Shown here one piece after another: positions 35,101 to 37,972 of a stretch of DNA of 37,972 nucleotides (the first letter of the stretch is position 1; the number at the start of each line of letters is the position of its first letter). The notes below the pieces were generated by a model. The model was given only the letters and a program-made list of their open reading frames with translations. It ran no database searches and was not told where the DNA came from. The stretch is from Octopus bimaculoides (Eukaryota). Position numbers and translations under genes: made by a program. The stretch covers positions 23,426,824 to 23,464,795 of the forward strand of contig NC_069000.1 in the NCBI RefSeq assembly GCF_001194135.2. Reading direction: 5' to 3'.

Positions 35101-37036
35101 AAACTGACAATAAAGTGTCATAGGGAAAAGAAAAATGTTCTCCATCAATACCTCACTTCCTGCTATCATCCTCAATATCCTCGCAATGCAGCCCCTACCC
35201 CCAAGCCTTTCTTATATTTCTCTCTATTTGCTACAGTAACCTCATCCTGCCTACTCACCCAGCCCAAACACAATCAAAATAAATGTTAACTTTGTAAAGA
35301 CCATTTTATGCATGTTTATCATATGCATTGTGCACATGCGAGAGAGATATTTGAATAGTCTTCATTTGTCTGATTAAGTAAAGAAATATTACAACACACT
35401 TCCTAGTTTGAGAAGCCATCAATCAGTCATCTATTATATTCTTAGTGTTGAGAGAGAAGTTAGGCATAAGAGGAATTAGATGAAGTGTGCTGGTTTGGAC
35501 ATGTGATGCATATGGATATAGATATAGACAGTTGCATAAAGAAGAGTCAATCTCTTAGAGTGGGGGGAACTTGTGGAAGAAAGAGAAAACATGAGATGAA
35601 GTATTGAAGGCTGATTTCAAAAAGCTATGCCTTACAAAGATGATAATGGACTGAGATATCTGGCACCTTGCTGTACTCAAGACCCATCCTCCACAGCAGA
35701 ATTGATATCCAAAACCACCTTGGTAATGCTTACCTCCATCCTCTCTGCCCCATCAACTGTTTCCCCAATCTTGTGAGAGTAGAATAGCCACATACTCCAT
35801 CCCCTGGCTTTCTCAGTTAACTTTCTTCCCCAACCTACTGTCTCCACCCATCACCTCCTTTCTCTGTCTTCTCTTTTCTCTCTGTGCTGCTCACCATTGG
35901 TGCCAAACACTCCCAGCTTCCATCTTCTCATGAATCTGTCTCGTGACAGATACCTCTTCTCCAGCCTGATCTTACTACTGAGGTGGTAACAAAAAAAGTT
36001 AACTAACCCCTGGCCAGATAGAAAGGTGTCCGTCACTATGCTTCTTACATGCGTACAGCTATGCCTGTGCCTATGTGCAGCCAACAATTTGTAATTTTAA
36101 TGTTATATAAGTATATCTATCCTATTTTGAATAATTTTTAGTAGATAACATAAAACATAAAAAATCCTAATAAATTTTACTAGAATTTATTTGTAATCCA
36201 TAGCTGTGCTTTTCCTTCATTTCCTCTTAATTGGAGAAAATATCTAGGGTGCAAATATCTGACAGCAGTTGTCCTACAATCTACAATGTTAGATGTAAAA
36301 TGATAAAGAAAAAAGACAGGGCGGTTGCGATTGGAACACTTTTGATCCTAAGTCTGCTCAATGAGAATCAATCCAAAGCTGAACAACAAAAATAAATATA
36401 TAAATCCAATCCAAACACAGCAGCTCTCAGTGAGGATCATGGGGTAAAAACTCTGAGAGAGAAGAATCTAAATTATAGATATTTTCAGTATCAATAGACT
36501 AGTATATAGAATTACTTTACCATCAAGACATATAAGAGCAAATAAATAAGATGTAAAATCTACCCATTTTACAAGAATTTCAATAGCATAAGTGTAATGG
36601 TCTTTATTACTGTGTATCTGAGACTATGTTATCTAATGTGCCCCTTCTTTTTTAAGATAGTAGAGAGTAATTTGAGGAAGAATTATGCACCTGGTGTTAT
36701 AGGTTTAGAATTAGTTTTGATTTGACAGAGTTAAGGCCACTGGATTAATTAATAACCCATTCAGGAACAATGATTAACAAAATCTTAAGATGTTAACAGT
36801 TATTAGCAAAGAGGTCATTTAAAACTATTTACAATATTACAAATCTTAATAATGAAAACTTACTTTCTGTGATCATCAGTGATAAAGTTAAGATCTCCAT
36901 AACCAACAGCAAAAGTGAAGTCATCAGTATGCTTGTTAAAGGTCATTACTTTCTTGACAGGATATGTATTGCCACGCCCAAACAAGGTCCTCTTGACAGT
37001 TTTAGAGTTACCAGTCTTTTGGCGTTTAAATTCAAC
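19988..37036 (-). CDS. HYOU1: Hypoxia up-regulated protein 1 (GRP170/ORP150), 3' portion; join of exons 37036-36864, 35076-34935, 33349-33286, 30905-30835, 29661-29548, 27860-27729, 27574-27444, 26009-25799, 24617-24396, 22658-22421, 20079-19988; 5' exons lie beyond the window
   Basis: Manual splicing gives one open frame of 1590 nt (529 aa + TAA) with GT-AG introns and matching phases. Motifs recognised from HYOU1: KRTLFGRGNTYPVKKVMTFN..DDF..YGDL, KGVRVHFRMDESGLL, KLGNTLSGFF, NELESYIFDMQDKL, STEEQRE, FTQVEVNTLGKLINET, EKPKLLTEDI..LDREVNYL, and a C-terminal xxEL. Confidence 0.95.
20365..20398. repeat. Perfect 16-bp inverted repeat with 2-nt spacer
   Basis: CACTAATTAAGTGGTT-GA-AACCACTTAATTAGTG. 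Confidence 0.95.
20890..21135. repeat. Pyrimidine-rich interspersed repeat; homologous pieces at ~35140-35270 and ~35725-35870
   Basis: AATGCTTACCTCCATCCTCT...CACATACT.C.TCCCCTGGC.TTCTCAGTT and CTCATCCTGCC.ACTCACCCAGCCCAA are shared between the loci. Confidence 0.65.
21340..21606 (+). mobile_element. Older copy of the (ATG)n-tailed repeat in the opposite orientation
   Basis: Ends ...CCAGCATGGAGGACAGACGTTAAATGACGATGATGA, the reverse complement of the start of the 23069 and 23920 copies. Confidence 0.65.
22336..22385. repeat. Compound (CA)n(TA)n microsatellite
   Basis: Visible directly, just 3' of the HYOU1 donor at 22420. Confidence 0.97.
22421..22658 (-). CDS. HYOU1: HYOU1 exon, 238 nt, phase 0 to 1
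   Basis: catttcag|GCT...GAAA|gtaagt; AWRKNILAEQEKTPLHEKPKLLTEDIALKIRDLDREVNYLVYKAKSYRPKPKVKPDATNSTNSTEKADSEKVKTDSDTE. Confidence 0.95.
23069..23395 (-). mobile_element. SINE/LINE-tail repeat with (ATG)n tail, intronic
   Basis: CATCATCGTTTAATGTCC...TCCATGCTGGCATGGG...CAGCTGGATGCCCTTCCTAAC...; homologous to 23920-24199 and, inverted, to 21340-21606. Confidence 0.75.
23699..23762. repeat. (GA)n microsatellite
   Basis: Uninterrupted GA run. Confidence 0.98.
23920..24199 (-). mobile_element. Younger, CpG-richer copy of the same (ATG)n-tailed repeat
   Basis: CATCATCGTTTAACGTCCGCTTTCCATGCTAGCATGGG...CAGCTGGATGCCCTTCCTAACGCCAACCAC. Confidence 0.75.
24396..24617 (-). CDS. HYOU1: HYOU1 exon, 222 nt, phase 0 to 0
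   Basis: tttttaaag|GAA...TAT|gtgagt (AAG acceptor); EYVKRLNILKAASKDLLFRVKEMRDRPVMLDTLKSLLNHTEYFYKNLYNHTLGDDPVFTQVEVNTLGKLINETY. Confidence 0.95.
24846..24896. repeat. Compound (TA)n(TG)n microsatellite
   Basis: Visible directly. Confidence 0.97.
25799..26009 (-). CDS. HYOU1: HYOU1 exon (helical domain), 211 nt, phase 2 to 0
   Basis: ctttccag|TTTA...GAG|gtaaaa; LAELRKKDDEKRALEHSKNELESYIFDMQDKLSQDDYVQCSTEEQREAIRKECSESSDWLYEQDDNTKTE. Confidence 0.95.
26076..26115. repeat. (TA)n microsatellite
   Basis: Visible directly. Confidence 0.97.
27444..27574 (-). CDS. HYOU1: HYOU1 exon, 131 nt, phase 0 to 2
   Basis: tttactag|GGC...AATCG|gtaagt; GTTKKDETSKVKKPGILKENLKMEIKILDLLPIAEKKLKVSKNR. Confidence 0.9.
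27729..27860 (-). CDS. HYOU1: HYOU1 exon (charged/low-complexity loop), 132 nt, phase 0 to 0
   Basis: aatttag|GAA...CAA|gtatgt; EDTTAEKKSEKVEKPTEQEQKESDKTPKEDGTKPSDKNQTNTTQ. Confidence 0.85.
28681..28723 (-). ncRNA. Second hammerhead fold, identical core, sense to the HYOU1 pre-mRNA; distal 5' strand of helix I missing
   Basis: Exact reverse complement of 28936-28978. Confidence 0.65.
28892..28901. other. 10-N gap with an identical 42-nt sequence on each side (28850-28891 = 28902-28943)
   Basis: Visible directly. Confidence 0.98.
28921..28991 (+). ncRNA. Type I hammerhead ribozyme fold with extended helix I
   Basis: Helix I TCCAGA(28936-41)/TCTGGA(28973-78); core CTGATGA(28942-48); helix II GAG/CTC with loop CAATGA and a flanking T.T; GAAA(28963-66); palindromic helix III ACTAGT; GTC cleavage triplet (28970-72); distal helix I AGCAAGCC/GGCTTTGCT. 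Confidence 0.72.
29548..29661 (-). CDS. HYOU1: HYOU1 exon (charged/low-complexity loop), 114 nt, phase 0 to 0
   Basis: gtttcag|GGA...AAG|gtatgc; GAAEKAASADKETGPTEKGSEDSGDGQSKEKKSEKPQK. Confidence 0.82.
30083..30146. repeat. Perfect 23-bp inverted repeat with 18-nt spacer
   Basis: ATTTTCTATAGAATTCAGAGCCA (30083-30105) / TGGCTCTGAATTCTATAGAAAAT (30124-30146). Confidence 0.95.
30835..30905 (-). CDS. HYOU1: HYOU1 exon, 71 nt, phase 1 to 0
   Basis: aattttag|AACTG...GAG|gtgaga; KLGNTLSGFFRGNEESDGMSVNEE. Confidence 0.9.
32320..32537. mobile_element. Tc1/mariner-pogo (Tigger-like) MITE, 218 bp
   Basis: TA|CAGTAATCCCTTG ... TGAGGGACTACTG|TA: imperfect 13-bp TIRs with TA on both sides. Confidence 0.7.
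33286..33349 (-). CDS. HYOU1: HYOU1 exon, 64 nt, phase 0 to 1
   Basis: ttttccag|GCA...TCAA|gtatgt; AESIFEQAPDAVNANEESTWS. Confidence 0.9.
34935..35076 (-). CDS. HYOU1: HYOU1 exon, 142 nt, phase 2 to 0
   Basis: ttttgcag|ATCA...GGG|gtaaaa; SFHKMFLKNISLTGVGDAYAKHTTAVDYKGVRVHFRMDESGLLHLDG. Confidence 0.93.
35470..35706 (+). mobile_element. RTE-clade LINE ORF 3' end remnant
   Basis: WFGHVMHM...CIKKSQSLRVGGTCGR..KT*DEVLKADFKKLCLTK..D*DIWHLAVL, with frameshifts. Confidence 0.75.
36864..37036 (-). CDS. HYOU1: HYOU1 exon (first in window), 173 nt, phase 0 to 2
   Basis: ttccttag|GTT...AGAAA|gtaagt; VEFKRQKTGNSKTVKRTLFGRGNTYPVKKVMTFNKHTDDFTFAVGYGDLNFITDDHRK. Confidence 0.93.
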
Positions 37037-37345
37037 CTAAGGAATAAAATTGAGTAATTTTTAAACATTTACAATTTCTATTAATACAAAAAAGATTTTC
37101 AATGAAAAAGACACCCTAACTATGAAGCTATATCCATATTAACAGTATTGGGTGCAATATAGACAGTAGAAACCATGCTAAAGCAGACACTGAAGTATGA
37201 TGCAGTCTTTAGGCCTATCCTGTCAAACTGTCCAACCCTCAACATCATGGAACATAGATGTTAAATCATAATAATAATAATAACGAAGAAGACAATGATG
37301 AAGAAAACAAAAACAGAAAAGACGAAGGCAAATAATAATAATAAT

Positions 37346-37533
37346 CCTTTCTACTACAGGCACAAGGCCTGACATTTGGGGGGGGGGATGGACTAGTCAA
37401 TTACATCGACCCCAGTGTTTCACCGGTACTTAATTTATTGATCCCGAAAGGATGAAAGGCGAAGTCGACCTCAGCAGAATTTGAACTCAACGTAAGGACA
37501 CACAATATGCCACTAAGCATTTTGCTGGGCGCA

Positions 37534-37535
<2 letters not shown>
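37346..37535. mobile_element. SINE-like interspersed repeat flanked by (AAT)n; older relatives at ~16190-16310 and ~20100-20280
   Basis: Shared block GGTACTTAATTTATTGATCCCGAAAGGATGAAAGGCGAAGTCGACCTCAGCAGAATTTGAACTC is found degenerate at the other two sites. Confidence 0.6.

Positions 37536-37568
<33 letters not shown>
37536..37568. repeat. (AAT)n microsatellite
   Basis: Eleven AAT units. Confidence 0.97.
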
Positions 37569-37701
37569 CTAGGTGCTGTATTGCAGTCCATTTCTACATA
37601 TGTGGAAAAAGGTAGGGTATTAGCTTTTATTTCACTTATGTTGGTATTTCTCAATATTTTTTCCAACCTATTTAACTTTTAAATAAAAGACAAATATAGT
37701 A

Positions 37702-37790
37702 CTAGCAGAAATACCCGGCGTTGCCCGGGTTAAAGAAAATAATGAAATCTAAAAACGCCGTCTAGACTACGCAACCCTCAACTGTTAGTA
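37702..37790 (-). mobile_element. Helitron 3' terminus, well preserved
   Basis: Minus strand: hairpin ACCCGGGCAACGCCGGGT (37730-37713), 7-nt spacer, CTAG|T (37705-37702, T at 37701); CpG-rich relative to its flanks; inner boundary uncertain. Confidence 0.75.
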
Positions 37791-37972
37791 GCTACGACAC
37801 CATATTTCTACATTAATAACTCTCCAATCCATGCCAGCATGGAACATAGATATTAAGTGGAATGCTAGAAGAAAGTTTTCAACTCATATGTATATAAAGT
37901 AAATACACGTAATTCAGAAACACATTTTGTGTATTTTATTTCGTAACCAAACAAACAGGTACAGATTATAAA

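Overview
AT-rich, repeat-dense animal genomic DNA from a draft scaffold with four N gaps. The repeat landscape (CORE-type tRNA-derived SINEs, RTE LINE ends, Helitrons, long TA/CA/AAT microsatellites) suggests a coleoid cephalopod such as Octopus (inference). The only well-supported protein-coding gene is the 3' part of HYOU1 (GRP170/ORP150, ER Hsp70-family nucleotide-exchange factor) on the minus strand: 11 GT-AG exons from 37036 to a TAA stop at 19988, all splice phases compatible (1590 nt, 529 aa), ending in the atypical ER-retention tail RNDGEL. The left ~19 kb holds no recognisable host gene, only decayed mobile elements (Helitron PIF1 helicase plus 3' end, Tc1 transposase with left TIR, LINE RT, SINEs, piggyBac-like MITEs). 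The most striking observation is in the HYOU1 intron at 28.4-29.1 kb: a ~0.68 kb insertion flanked by a 13-bp direct repeat, made of a circularly permuted ~340-nt unit plus an inverted partial copy. Each carries a type I hammerhead ribozyme fold with a palindromic helix III, which is the signature of Penelope-associated retrozymes. Several perfect hairpins and an orientation bias of one MITE family are also noted. All analysis was done by eye; no searches or folding programs were run.
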